From contig JANQKY010000114.1 of the NCBI GenBank assembly GCA_028280885.1, positions 7 to 64,006 on the forward strand: 64,000 nucleotides of DNA, written 5' to 3'. Source of the stretch: Tepidamorphus sp. Lineage in GTDB: Bacteria > Pseudomonadota > Alphaproteobacteria > Rhizobiales > Tepidamorphaceae. Below the pieces are notes generated by a model. It did no database searches and was not told the DNA's origin. It was given only the letters and a program-made list of their open reading frames with translations. The position numbers and the translations under genes are program-made. Positions 19,949 to 29,058 of this stretch are shown one piece after another (the first letter of the stretch is position 1; each line of letters begins with the position of its first letter).

Positions 19949-21223
19949 TCACTGCCAGCGAAATTCGTGCCCGAGCCGCACCCGCAGGCCAAACACCGCG
20001 TCGAGCCGGTCGTCCCTGGTCTGCAGGAGCTGCAGGTCGGGCGTAATCGCGATGGCGGGATGCGGCGTGAACGTCCAGTAGATCTCGAGGCCTGTCTGCT
20101 TGCTGAAACCCTTGGCCCGGTATTCGCTGGTCGGCGTTCCCTGGAACACCGCCAGCCCGATCTGCTGGTCGTCGCGGCCGAAGGGGTCGTTCAGCGCCAT
20201 GCCGGCAAACCAGCCCCAGCGCAGCGGATGGGTCTGGTCGGACGGCCCAGGCGGTCGCGCCTCGCCGCCGTCGCGGGCGGACAGGCAGGCGAAAAGCGCC
20301 ACCGGCCCGGAACCGTCGACCGCCTCGGACCCGAATTCATGGGTCGCCGTCACGACCAGGCCGCGCTCGGCGGTAAGGGCCTGCGACCGGTCGATCCGGT
20401 AGGCGAGTAGCCCCGCCCGCGTCGCGCCCAGGCTCGAGCGGATCTTGGCGCCGGCCTCGCCGGCATAGAAATTCGATCCGTCCTTGATCGAGGAGACGTC
20501 GAAATAGGCTTCCTGCGCCGTCGCGTCGGTGATCATCAGGTTGGCGAACCAGCGATCGTTGTCGATCTTGAGGCCGGCGCCGAGGCCGATCCGGTCATGC
20601 CAGCGGCCGACCGGCTCGCCCGACAGGATCTGGTTGAAGAAGGTGTCGCGGTCATCGCCGAAATAGGGCGACGTCGCCAGATCGTTGCCCGGATAGAGCT
20701 TGCCCGCCGACAGGGTCGCCAGCGTCTCGTTGAAGCGGAAATCCTGGTGAAGCGCGATCAGGCCGAGTGAATCGGCGGGATCCGGCGCATCGCCGTCATT
20801 GACGTCCCACAACAGGCCGGCCCGTTCCGAGAACCGGCTCGTCGACAGCGATCCGCCCAGCGTTGCGTTGTGCAGCCACCAGAAGCTCAGCCGCAGCTGA
20901 CCGAGGACGCCGTCGCCTGCCTCGCGCAGCTTAAGCTGGCCGACGATATCGACCTCGTTATTGGCGTTGGTTGCTCCGGACCGGGCCGAATGCTGCAGCA
21001 TCGGCGTTGTCGAAAGCGACAGGAAATTGTCATGCGGCGCGGCAACCTCCGCGATCTCGCGTTCCGGAGGCGTCTCGTCCGCGCGGATGTCCTGCGCGGT
21101 AACGGGTCCCGCCAGGCCGGCAAGGCCGATCGCCGAGAAGGCGAGAGCGGGGGCCAGGAGGCCGGTGATCGCCCGGCCCGGCGTCTTGGTCCGGGCCAGG
21201 CGGCGTAGCGGGGGGAAGCGCAT
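19949..21223 (-). CDS. Outer-membrane porin, OprB/carbohydrate-porin-like
   Basis: Signal peptide; DDQQIGLA, QTGLEIYW, ITPDLQLL, VFGLRVRL beta-barrel C-terminal pattern of the OprB family. Confidence 0.65.
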   Translation of the reverse strand: MRFPPLRRLARTKTPGRAITGLLAPALAFSAIGLAGLAGPVTAQDIRADETPPEREIAEVAAPHDNFLSLSTTPMLQHSARSGATNANNEVDIVGQLKLREAGDGVLGQLRLSFWWLHNATLGGSLSTSRFSERAGLLWDVNDGDAPDPADSLGLIALHQDFRFNETLATLSAGKLYPGNDLATSPYFGDDRDTFFNQILSGEPVGRWHDRIGLGAGLKIDNDRWFANLMITDATAQEAYFDVSSIKDGSNFYAGEAGAKIRSSLGATRAGLLAYRIDRSQALTAERGLVVTATHEFGSEAVDGSGPVALFACLSARDGGEARPPGPSDQTHPLRWGWFAGMALNDPFGRDDQQIGLAVFQGTPTSEYRAKGFSKQTGLEIYWTFTPHPAIAITPDLQLLQTRDDRLDAVFGLRVRLGHEFRWQ

Positions 21224-21233
21224 GACGGTACGC

Positions 21234-23051
21234 TCAGGCCGTGTAGCGGTCGAGCACGTTGCGGGTGATCCGCTCGGTCGTGCGGTCGCGCCATTTCAGG
21301 CCGAGGAACCAGTAGACCGTGCCCGCGGTGAAGATCTCGCCCTTGCCCTTCGGCGCGACGACGATCTGGGCCGAGCCATAGCGGTATTTGTCGAGCGTTT
21401 CGGGCTCCTCGTTGCCCTCGATCACGCGGGCGTAGTACCGGGTGTAGTAGTCTCCCGTGCCGATCGCGATGACCGCATCACCCGGCCCGCCGGTACTGCG
21501 CTGATCGACCATGCCCGGCGTGACCGCCAGGATCTCGGTGCCCGGCAGCGGGGTGTGCAGCTCGGAGGGATAGGGCAGCCCGTAGCGGAACGTGTAGTCG
21601 ACCGAGTCGGTCTCGTAGCCGACGATGCCCTCCTCCATGCCGAACGTGTCGCCATAGAGCAGCGCGGTTCCCGCGAAGGCCCAATGGTCGGGCCGGTAGA
21701 CCGTGAAGCCGGCGCTGGATCGCGGCGAGGCACCGTCATAGGCGGCATAGATCCCCTGGAGGCCGGTCACGCCGAAGGTCTGCGCCGCCGGTCGTGCGAT
21801 ATCCATGTGCTCCCAGATGGTCGTCAGCAGGTGCGCCTTGCCGGGTTCCCCGGCGACCGGATCGTCCTGGTCGGCGCGGACCTTGTAGCAGACCTGTTCG
21901 GTGCCGCCCTTCTCAAGCCGCACCTGCCAGAGCATGTTGGCGGCGAACCGCGCCAGCTTGCCGCCCGCCTCGAGATAGTTGTCGAGCGTATCGCGCTGGT
22001 CCCAGGACCAGTATTCGTCATGGCCGGTGATCACCACGACATCGTAAGCATCGAGCGCCGCCGGCCCGGCATCGAGATCGGTCTGGTCGAGATAGTCCAT
22101 CTCGTAGCCGTTCTCCTCCGCCCACACCGCGAAAGGCCGGTTGTCGACCGCCCAGCCCGCCGAATTGGCGCCCCAGGCATAGCCCATCATGAACGGATAG
22201 CCGGTCGCCGGCTCGAAGGTGAAGCCGGGTTCATGCTTGTAGCGCAGGCGGTCGCGCACGGTGCTCAGATAGGGGACGTTGTCGGGCGCGACGAGAAAGC
22301 CGCGTTCCCAGGGACGGCTGAAGGACAGGCGCGGCGAGGGCCCGTCGCCGTCTTCGCCATGGATGCCGAGATAGTGGTTGGCTCCGCCCCAGCAGTTATA
22401 GGCGTTCCAGGTGCAGGTGGTCAGCATATAGGCGATCTTCGCCCGGCCGGACCCGCGCAGCACGAAGCCGGCTTCAGAGACCCGCTCCTCGCCGTCCCTG
22501 GTCATGCGCATCTCGATCACATAGAAGCCCGAACGCCAGTCCGCGCCGATCGGGAATTCCAGCAGCACCGGCCATCCGCATCCTCGCGAATAGGCATCCA
22601 GCGGGGTTTCGGTGAAGATGCCGGCAATGCCCGATTGCCTGTGCACCACCTCGCGCTCGGCCCCGTCCCGCCATACCGTCACGGCGAACTCCGCACCGGT
22701 TGTCGTCGCGTGCAGGCGCGCGGTATCGCCGGCGCCGTAGCTCAGCTGCTCGCAATAGCCGTAGATTTCCGGATAGTCCGGATTGTTCGACGACATCTCG
22801 TAGAAGGCCATTTCCAGGCCGCGCCAGCCCTGCGCCATGCGGAACGTCGCAGGGCCGCCGTCGGGCGGCGGCAGGTCGGTCAGGCCGAGGGTCTGCTGGG
22901 CGGCGCGGGCCTTGCCGGGCGCGCCCAGGACGGCGGCTCCGGCGCTCGCCCCGGCCACCGCGCCGGCGACGAGAACGGAGCGACGGGCATGATCGACCGT
23001 ATCCTCGTCCTGTTTCGAGGGGGGATTGGAGGAATTGGGGGAATCCGTCAT
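21234..23051 (-). CDS. N,N-dimethylformamidase large (beta) subunit-family protein with Tat signal
   Basis: ARRSVLVAG twin-arginine leader; GYCEQLSY..GD, WRSGFY, TWNAYNCWGG, LSFSRP, GHDEYW, VGYETD family motifs; ATG at 23051. Confidence 0.78.
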   Translation of the reverse strand: MTDSPNSSNPPSKQDEDTVDHARRSVLVAGAVAGASAGAAVLGAPGKARAAQQTLGLTDLPPPDGGPATFRMAQGWRGLEMAFYEMSSNNPDYPEIYGYCEQLSYGAGDTARLHATTTGAEFAVTVWRDGAEREVVHRQSGIAGIFTETPLDAYSRGCGWPVLLEFPIGADWRSGFYVIEMRMTRDGEERVSEAGFVLRGSGRAKIAYMLTTCTWNAYNCWGGANHYLGIHGEDGDGPSPRLSFSRPWERGFLVAPDNVPYLSTVRDRLRYKHEPGFTFEPATGYPFMMGYAWGANSAGWAVDNRPFAVWAEENGYEMDYLDQTDLDAGPAALDAYDVVVITGHDEYWSWDQRDTLDNYLEAGGKLARFAANMLWQVRLEKGGTEQVCYKVRADQDDPVAGEPGKAHLLTTIWEHMDIARPAAQTFGVTGLQGIYAAYDGASPRSSAGFTVYRPDHWAFAGTALLYGDTFGMEEGIVGYETDSVDYTFRYGLPYPSELHTPLPGTEILAVTPGMVDQRSTGGPGDAVIAIGTGDYYTRYYARVIEGNEEPETLDKYRYGSAQIVVAPKGKGEIFTAGTVYWFLGLKWRDRTTERITRNVLDRYTA

Positions 23052-23341
23052 GGCGAACCGTCCTGGGCAATACACGTCTGGCGAGGCCGCCATTGCCGGT
23101 TCAGATGTGCCGGATCGGATGGCGACCGACCCGTTGTTGCCCGGCCGGCGCGCGCAAAAAAAGCCAGTTTCTGCCAAATGGTCGCTAGCGACGTCGCAAG
23201 GGGGTGGCAGTGCCGGGGACGTTATCCGGGCGTCGGGCACTGGTGTCCGGTTTGATTTGAGCGACGTCGACTAACCGATTGCCTGACATGACGTCTTCGA
23301 CAAACGACGGTGGCGGCACACGCACTGCCGATCCACCAGCA

Positions 23342-23378
23342 CAGCCGTCATCCCCGACTTGATCGGGGATGACGGCTG
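23342..23378. repeat. REP-like perfect hairpin (16-bp stem, 5-nt loop)
   Basis: CAGCCGTCATCCCCGA-cttga-TCGGGGATGACGGCTG; resembles alphaproteobacterial GTCATCCC..GGGATGAC intergenic repeats. Confidence 0.75.
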
Positions 23379-23562
23379 AAGGGCTGGCCAGGCTAAAAAT
23401 AAGAAGCCCCGTCCCCGCTCAACCGGACAGGAGTGGGACAAGCTCGGCAATGACATCAGAGTGTACGAGGACCGGACACTCCCCCTCCCGCATCATCCCG
23501 TAATTCACGTTAGCGACTATCCGGGATCGGAGAGCTGGCACGATGAACGGCCGTGCCACGCG

Positions 23563-23772
23563 CCCTCACCCCGGCCCTTTGGGCCGACCCTCTCCCGCCA
23601 AGGGGGAGAGGGAAAGAGCGCGCTGGAAGGATTGGGCACGTTAGCACCGACATCATTTGCGGTATCGGCGTTTTCTGTCCGCTGGCGGTCGCGACCACCG
23701 CACGGCCTCTCATATGCACGCGCACCCTCTCCCCCTTGGCGGGAGAGGGCGGCCCGAAGGGCCGGGTGAGGG
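23563..23772. repeat. Pair of inverted ~50-bp palindromic repeat units (CCCTCTCCC..GGGAGAGGG type), REP/MITE-like
   Basis: 23563-23612 CCCTCACCCCGGCCCTTTGGGCCGACCCTCTCCCGCCAAGGGGGAGAGGG and its near reverse complement at 23725-23772. Confidence 0.75.
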
Positions 23773-24027
23773 GTGAGGCATGGTCCACGAAGTGGGCGAA
23801 ATGCGAGAGCATTTCGAGTGCCGAACGCGCGAGGCCCAAAGCCGAGCGCCGGGCGGCCGGGCAAGGAATCCTGCGCGTTGATGGTCCCCGCGCCCTGGCA
23901 ACTAAACCGGACAGCAGTGGGTGTCGGTGATAGGCGCGGACAGGATCACCCGTCCGACCGGATGGTTTTCATCCGGCCGGCCTGGGATTGCCCGACTGTT
24001 CGAAATCGAACGCCCGAAGGGCCTGCC

Positions 24028-26106
24028 TTACGCCGACTTGTCCAGAACGTAGACGTCGCTGGCGTGGAGTTCCGCGCTCCAGCCGGGCGATATCAGGATC
24101 GTCGTGGTGTCTTCCTCGATGACGGCGGGGCCGTCGACCCGGTCGCCGGCGCCCAGCTTGTTGCCGTCATAGACCGGGGCCGACGTCGCGTCGCCATCAC
24201 CTGCCAGGATCAGATCGCGGTGGCCCTTCCTGGCGGCCTCGGCGCCCTCGGAACCGGCCCGCGTCAGGCGCGCCGGCTTCTCGATCCGGCCGTAGATCGT
24301 GCTCTCCACATTCACCGCCTCGACCGCGTTGTGCGGCTCGGAATAGGTATAGAGCTCCTCGTGGCGCTTGTGGAAGGCCTCGCGGATGGTCGCCAGATTG
24401 GCCTCGGAGATCTCCAGATCGCCGATCTCGACGGTGCACTCGTGCACCTGCCCGACATAGCGCATGTCGAGCGAGCGGCGGATGTCGATGCGGTCGCGGG
24501 TGAAGCCATCGGCTTCCAGGTCGGCGATACCGCGCGCCTCGATCTCGGCAAAGGTGCGGGCGAGGTCGGCCGCGACCTCGGCGCCTTCGAGGCGGGCCGG
24601 AAAGGGGGCCATGTAATTGTATTTGACGTCGGAGATGATCTGGCCGTAGGCGCACAGGCCCGAGGCGAGCTTGGGGATCAGGATCTTGCGGATGCCCATC
24701 TCGTCGGCGAGCGCGGTGATATGGGCCGCCGTCGCGCCACCCGCGCCGACCAGCACGAAATCGCGCGGATCATCGCCGCGCTCGACCGAAACGCGCCGGA
24801 TGCCGTTGACCATGTTGGAATTGACGATCGTGTACATGCCGTAGGCCGCACGCTCGACCGAGATGCCGAGCGGATCGGCGACATGGGTCTTGATCGCCGC
24901 GCGCGCCTTGTCCGTGTCGAGGGGCAACTGCCCGCCGATCAGGCCGGCGGGATTGAGATAGCCGAGCACCAGATTGGCATCCGACACGGTCGGCCGCTCG
25001 CCGCCGCGGCCATAGCAGGCCGGCCCCGGCGCGGCGCCGGCGCTTTCCGGGCCCATCTGCAACAGGCCCATGGAGTCGATATGGCCGATCGAGCCGCCGC
25101 CGGCCCCCAGCGTCTCCACCTGGATCATCGGAACACCGAGCCGGTAGCGCAGGAAGTCGATGTTCTTGTTGATGTTGGTGACGCCGTTCTTGGTCAGCGT
25201 GATGTCGAAGGAGGTGCCGCCCATGTCGACGGTGATGATGTTGTTCAGGCCGAACGGCTCGGCCACCTGAAGGCCCGCCTGCGGCGCCGAGGCCGGGCCG
25301 GAATTGATCGCGTAGACCGAGCGGTCGGACAGGACGTCGCCGATCGCAAGACCACCGTTCGACTGGAAGAAGCGGACCGGATTGCGCGCGCCGAGGTCGC
25401 GGAAATAGCCGTCGACGGCATCGACATAGCGGCGCAGCACGGGGCCGAGATAGGCATTCACCACGGCGGTCGAGCTGCGGGTGTATTCGCGCACCTGCGG
25501 ATAGAGTTCCGAGCCGACCGTCAACAGCGCGTCCGGCATCATCTCCGCGACGATGCGGGCGGCCCGGCGCTCGTGATCGGGGTTCAGTACCGACCAGACG
25601 AAGGACACGGCGACGGACTCGACGCCCTCCTTCAGGAACAGCTCGCAGGCCGCGCGCACGTCGTCCTCGTTCATCGGCGTGTGCACGTCGCCGGTCGAGA
25701 TCACCCGCTCGCGCACGCCGCGGCGCAGATAGCGCGGCACCAGCATGGTCGCCGGCGGATATTCGGCATCGTAGCGATAGCCGTCCTCCTTGTGGCCGAG
25801 CCGGATTTCCAGGCTGTCCTCGTGGCCGTGGGTGCAGATCAGGCCGGTCTTGGCGCCCTTGTGCTGGATCAGCGCATTGAGCGCCACCGTGGTGCCGTTG
25901 ATGCACAGGTCGGCGCTGGAGACCAGGCTCTCCTGGCTCTCGCCGGTGGCATCGGCCATCTGCTGCAGGCCGTCGCGAATGGCCTCGGTCGGATCATGCG
26001 GGGTCGACAGGGCCTTGAACAGCGAGACCGTGCCGCCGTCCTCGGCCAGCACGAAATCGGTGAAGGTGCCGCCAGCGTCGATTCCAAGTCGGTATTTTTT
26101 TGCCAT
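24028..26106 (-). CDS. ATP-dependent lactamase subunit A (hydantoinase A/oxoprolinase family; caprolactamase CapA/OplA-like)
   Basis: YRLGIDAGGTFTD, GTT, SGPAS, DMGGTSFD, GAGGGS, GPACYGRGG; partner of the adjacent B subunit. Confidence 0.88.
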   Translation of the reverse strand: MAKKYRLGIDAGGTFTDFVLAEDGGTVSLFKALSTPHDPTEAIRDGLQQMADATGESQESLVSSADLCINGTTVALNALIQHKGAKTGLICTHGHEDSLEIRLGHKEDGYRYDAEYPPATMLVPRYLRRGVRERVISTGDVHTPMNEDDVRAACELFLKEGVESVAVSFVWSVLNPDHERRAARIVAEMMPDALLTVGSELYPQVREYTRSSTAVVNAYLGPVLRRYVDAVDGYFRDLGARNPVRFFQSNGGLAIGDVLSDRSVYAINSGPASAPQAGLQVAEPFGLNNIITVDMGGTSFDITLTKNGVTNINKNIDFLRYRLGVPMIQVETLGAGGGSIGHIDSMGLLQMGPESAGAAPGPACYGRGGERPTVSDANLVLGYLNPAGLIGGQLPLDTDKARAAIKTHVADPLGISVERAAYGMYTIVNSNMVNGIRRVSVERGDDPRDFVLVGAGGATAAHITALADEMGIRKILIPKLASGLCAYGQIISDVKYNYMAPFPARLEGAEVAADLARTFAEIEARGIADLEADGFTRDRIDIRRSLDMRYVGQVHECTVEIGDLEISEANLATIREAFHKRHEELYTYSEPHNAVEAVNVESTIYGRIEKPARLTRAGSEGAEAARKGHRDLILAGDGDATSAPVYDGNKLGAGDRVDGPAVIEEDTTTILISPGWSAELHASDVYVLDKSA

Positions 26107-26120
26107 TTTCTTAAGAGCCC

Positions 26121-27872
26121 TCAGCCTGCCGCTCGGGCCGCGGCGGTCGCGGCCTCGTCGACGGTCAGTGTGTCGGAATCGGTGATGACGACGCCGTAGT
26201 CGGCGCGTGCGCCGTCGATCGAGACGAGCCCGTTCTTGACGTCCCAGACGACCTTTTCGACGTCGCGCTTAAAGGGATCGCCGAAGCCGCCGCCGCCGGG
26301 GTTCATGTTGGCGGCGCGCTCGCCCGGCTTGATCGTCTCGATGACGTTCTGCTTGATCACCTGCGTGTCGTCGCCGCGCGACACCTCGAGCCGGCCGACC
26401 TTGGGCTCGACCAGGCTCGACTTCGCGCCGCCGGCCCCCATCGCCGGAATGCGCCGGCCCTCGCCGAAGGTGATGAAGGTCATGTCGGAATCGAGCGGCT
26501 CGACCTCCCAGCAGGTCCCCGAGCCGCCCCGGAAGCGGCCCGCGCCGCCGGAATCGGTCATCAGCGAATAGCGGTGGATGATGATCGGATAGGAATGTTC
26601 GAGAAGCTCGATATCGCCCGACGTCAGCGCGCCGAAGCAGCATTCGGGCCCGCAGGCATGCCAGCCGTCCTGGCTCGGCGTGGCGCCGGCGCCCGAGATG
26701 ATCGAGGCGAGCACCATGGTGACGTATTCCTCGTCGTGGCGCGTGTCCCAGCCGGCGATGTTGCAGCCATTGGCATGACCCCAACTCGCCGAAACCTTCT
26801 CGGGGGCGGCCTGCTCGAAGGCGAACCGCACCGCGTCGGTCAGGGTCTCCATCGGCGTCGTCGTGCAGTTGGCGTGCGGCGCCGGCTCGCGGGCGTTGCA
26901 CAGCGTGCCCTTCGGCCCCATGTCGACCGTGACGCAGCGATACAGGCCCTCGTTATAGGGCGGCGGCAGCTGGGCGAACATCATCAGGCCGAGATAGACG
27001 CCGGAATAGCTGTTGCCCTCGTAGGAATTGATGAAATACGGCACCTGCGGCGGGCTTTCGATGGCGATATGGCAGGTGTCGTTGTCGATGGTCACGTTGG
27101 CGGTGATCTCGAAATCGCCGAAGCCGTGGCCGGCATCCTCTAAGATCGCCGTGCCGGAATAGGTGCCGTCCGGCACCTCGGCGATCAGCGCGCGCATCTG
27201 CCGGTCGGCCATCTCCATCAGCGTGTCGATGCAGGCCTTGACCTCGTCGACGCCGTATTTGTCGAGCAGGGCGATCAGGTTGCGCGCGCCGACCTGGCAG
27301 GCGCCGATCAGGGCGTTGAAGTCGCCCTCCTGGTCGCGCCGGGCCCGCATGTTGGTGAGCAGCATGTTGAGGATGTCGTGGCGCGGCTTGCCCTTGTCCC
27401 AGATCTTGATCGGCGGGATGCGCAGGCCCTCGGCATAGATCTCCTTGGCGTCCGGGTTGTAGCCGGCCGGCACCGGGCCGCCGATGTCCGTCAGGTGGCC
27501 CTTGCAGACGGTCCAGAACACCAACTCGCCCTTGTAGAAGACGGGCCAGTACATGCAGGTGTCGATGATGTGCGAGCCGGCATAGTCGGGATCGTTGTGC
27601 AGGATCAGGTCGCCCTCGTGCACGTCGTCCTCGAAGAAATTCCAGACCGCCTTCATCGCCGGGATCAGCGAGCCCAGATGGATCGGAATGTCCTGGCCCT
27701 GCAGGATCATCTCCGGCTTGGCGTTGAACAGCGCCGTCGAATAGTCATGCGCCAGGTTGAACACGCTGGAGCGTGCGGTCTTTTCCAGCGACACGGTCAT
27801 TTCGCGCTGGGTGGTCTCCAGCACGCCGCGTACGACGCTCAGTGTGATCGGATCGACGTCCCTGACGGCCAT
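26121..27872 (-). CDS. ATP-dependent lactamase subunit B (hydantoinase B family; caprolactamase CapB/OplB-like)
   Basis: RSSVFNLAHDYS, QGQDIPIHLGSL, KGHLTDIGGPVPAGYNPDAKEIYAEGLRIPP, NCTTTPMETL closely match my recollection of Pseudomonas CapB. Confidence 0.85.
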   Translation of the reverse strand: MAVRDVDPITLSVVRGVLETTQREMTVSLEKTARSSVFNLAHDYSTALFNAKPEMILQGQDIPIHLGSLIPAMKAVWNFFEDDVHEGDLILHNDPDYAGSHIIDTCMYWPVFYKGELVFWTVCKGHLTDIGGPVPAGYNPDAKEIYAEGLRIPPIKIWDKGKPRHDILNMLLTNMRARRDQEGDFNALIGACQVGARNLIALLDKYGVDEVKACIDTLMEMADRQMRALIAEVPDGTYSGTAILEDAGHGFGDFEITANVTIDNDTCHIAIESPPQVPYFINSYEGNSYSGVYLGLMMFAQLPPPYNEGLYRCVTVDMGPKGTLCNAREPAPHANCTTTPMETLTDAVRFAFEQAAPEKVSASWGHANGCNIAGWDTRHDEEYVTMVLASIISGAGATPSQDGWHACGPECCFGALTSGDIELLEHSYPIIIHRYSLMTDSGGAGRFRGGSGTCWEVEPLDSDMTFITFGEGRRIPAMGAGGAKSSLVEPKVGRLEVSRGDDTQVIKQNVIETIKPGERAANMNPGGGGFGDPFKRDVEKVVWDVKNGLVSIDGARADYGVVITDSDTLTVDEAATAAARAAG

Positions 27873-27934
27873 GGCGCAAGTCCTTTCGCGAAGTGTATCC
27901 GCTTGAGGCTAATTGACCCGGCCCGCCGGTTCTA

Positions 27935-27969
27935 TGCCGGCAGCGCAGAATTCCTGTGCAGTCAGAGCA
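27935..27969 (-). promoter_or_regulatory. Candidate AraC-type tandem binding site upstream of the lactamase operon
   Basis: TGCCGGCAGCGCA (27935-47) and TGCAGTCAGAGCA (27957-69): 10/13 identity, 22-bp period; abuts the -35 position of a minus-strand TAGCCT -10 (27906-11). Confidence 0.45.
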
Positions 27970-28067
27970 TCGGGAACGGCCCGGCGGGGCGCTTGCCTTG
28001 TATCGATGCATGCGCGAAAATTGCCCCGAAAGAGCGCTGCCCCAAGGAGCGCCTCCCAAGGACCAAG

Positions 28068-29045
28068 ATGATCGCAGGCCCGGCGTTCTCGACAGACCAG
28101 ATCGCCCCGCACCAGCGGGCGGGCGCGTGGACGCGTGCGATCGGCCAGACCTTCTTCCCGCTGCACCTGCGCTACCAGGCGCCGAAGACCTTCCGCGGAA
28201 CGCTGCGGCGCTGGGACCTGGGCGATGTCCAGGCCTCCTGCCTTGCCTCCGACGCCGTGCACTACGAGCGCCGCGCCGACCATCTGCGCGACGGCGGCGA
28301 GGAGGACATGCTGCTGACGATCCCGACCGCCGCGCCGGTGCGGTTCCTGCAGATGGGCCGCGAGGTGGAATGCCATCCCGGCGGCTTCCTGCTGGAGCGC
28401 GGCAACGAGCCCTACGAGTTCAGCTATGCGCGCAGCAACGATCTCGTCGTCGCCAAGATCCCCTACCGGACGCTGGACAGGCGGCTGCCCGATCCGGGCC
28501 GGCATTGCGCCATAAGCTTCGATCTCGGCGAGGGCGTCGGCGCGCTTCTGCACGAGGTCGTGCGGGCGAGCGAGGCCCGGGCCCGGCACATGTCGGAGCG
28601 GGCCAGGGCGGTGGTCGGCCAGCAGGTCGTCGACCTCCTGGCGCTCGCGGTGGAACAGGATCCGCGCGCCAACCTGTCGGCCGACACCAGCGTGCGCCGC
28701 GCCCATCTTGCCCGGATCGGCCGGGAAATCGCCCGCGCCTTCGCCGAGCCGTGGCTGTCGCCGGACGAGGTCGCCGGCGCCTGCGGCATTTCCGTGCGCT
28801 ACCTGCACGACCTGTGCCGGCGCGACGGCGCCTCCTTCCGCGACCGCCTGCGCCAGACCCGGCACGAGGCGGCGCGCCAGGCCCTGTCGGCGCTTGCCGA
28901 CACCCGCTCGATCACCGAGATCGCCTATGCCTGCGGCTTTTCCGACGCCTCCTCCTTCGCCCGGTCCTACCGGGTGCAGTTCGGCGAATCGCCGCGCGAA
29001 ACGCGGATGCGGGCGCGGCAGCCGGGCCAGCCATCCGATGCCTGA
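28068..29045 (+). CDS. AraC-family regulator (FeaR/OplR-like), divergent from the lactamase
   Basis: FSTDQIAPHQRAGAW N-domain; LSPDEVAGACGISVRYLH and SITEIAYACGFSDASSFARSYRVQFGESP HTHs; ATG at 28068 after AAGGA. Confidence 0.88.
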   Translation: MIAGPAFSTDQIAPHQRAGAWTRAIGQTFFPLHLRYQAPKTFRGTLRRWDLGDVQASCLASDAVHYERRADHLRDGGEEDMLLTIPTAAPVRFLQMGREVECHPGGFLLERGNEPYEFSYARSNDLVVAKIPYRTLDRRLPDPGRHCAISFDLGEGVGALLHEVVRASEARARHMSERARAVVGQQVVDLLALAVEQDPRANLSADTSVRRAHLARIGREIARAFAEPWLSPDEVAGACGISVRYLHDLCRRDGASFRDRLRQTRHEAARQALSALADTRSITEIAYACGFSDASSFARSYRVQFGESPRETRMRARQPGQPSDA

Positions 29046-29058
29046 GCAAGCCTGACGC

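Noticed and set aside
23461-23930. Short ORFs of 60-125 aa in the intergenic gap
   Set aside because: They overlap palindromic repeats, are low-complexity and lack a clear RBS or motif.
23773-26199. 808-aa + strand ORF, and similar long ORFs at 20961-23255 (+), 5384-7168 (-), 41024-43234 (-), 50247-52568 (-), 55294-57537 (-) and 58699-60951 (-)
   Set aside because: Antisense shadows of well-supported genes, expected in high-GC DNA; no recognisable motifs.
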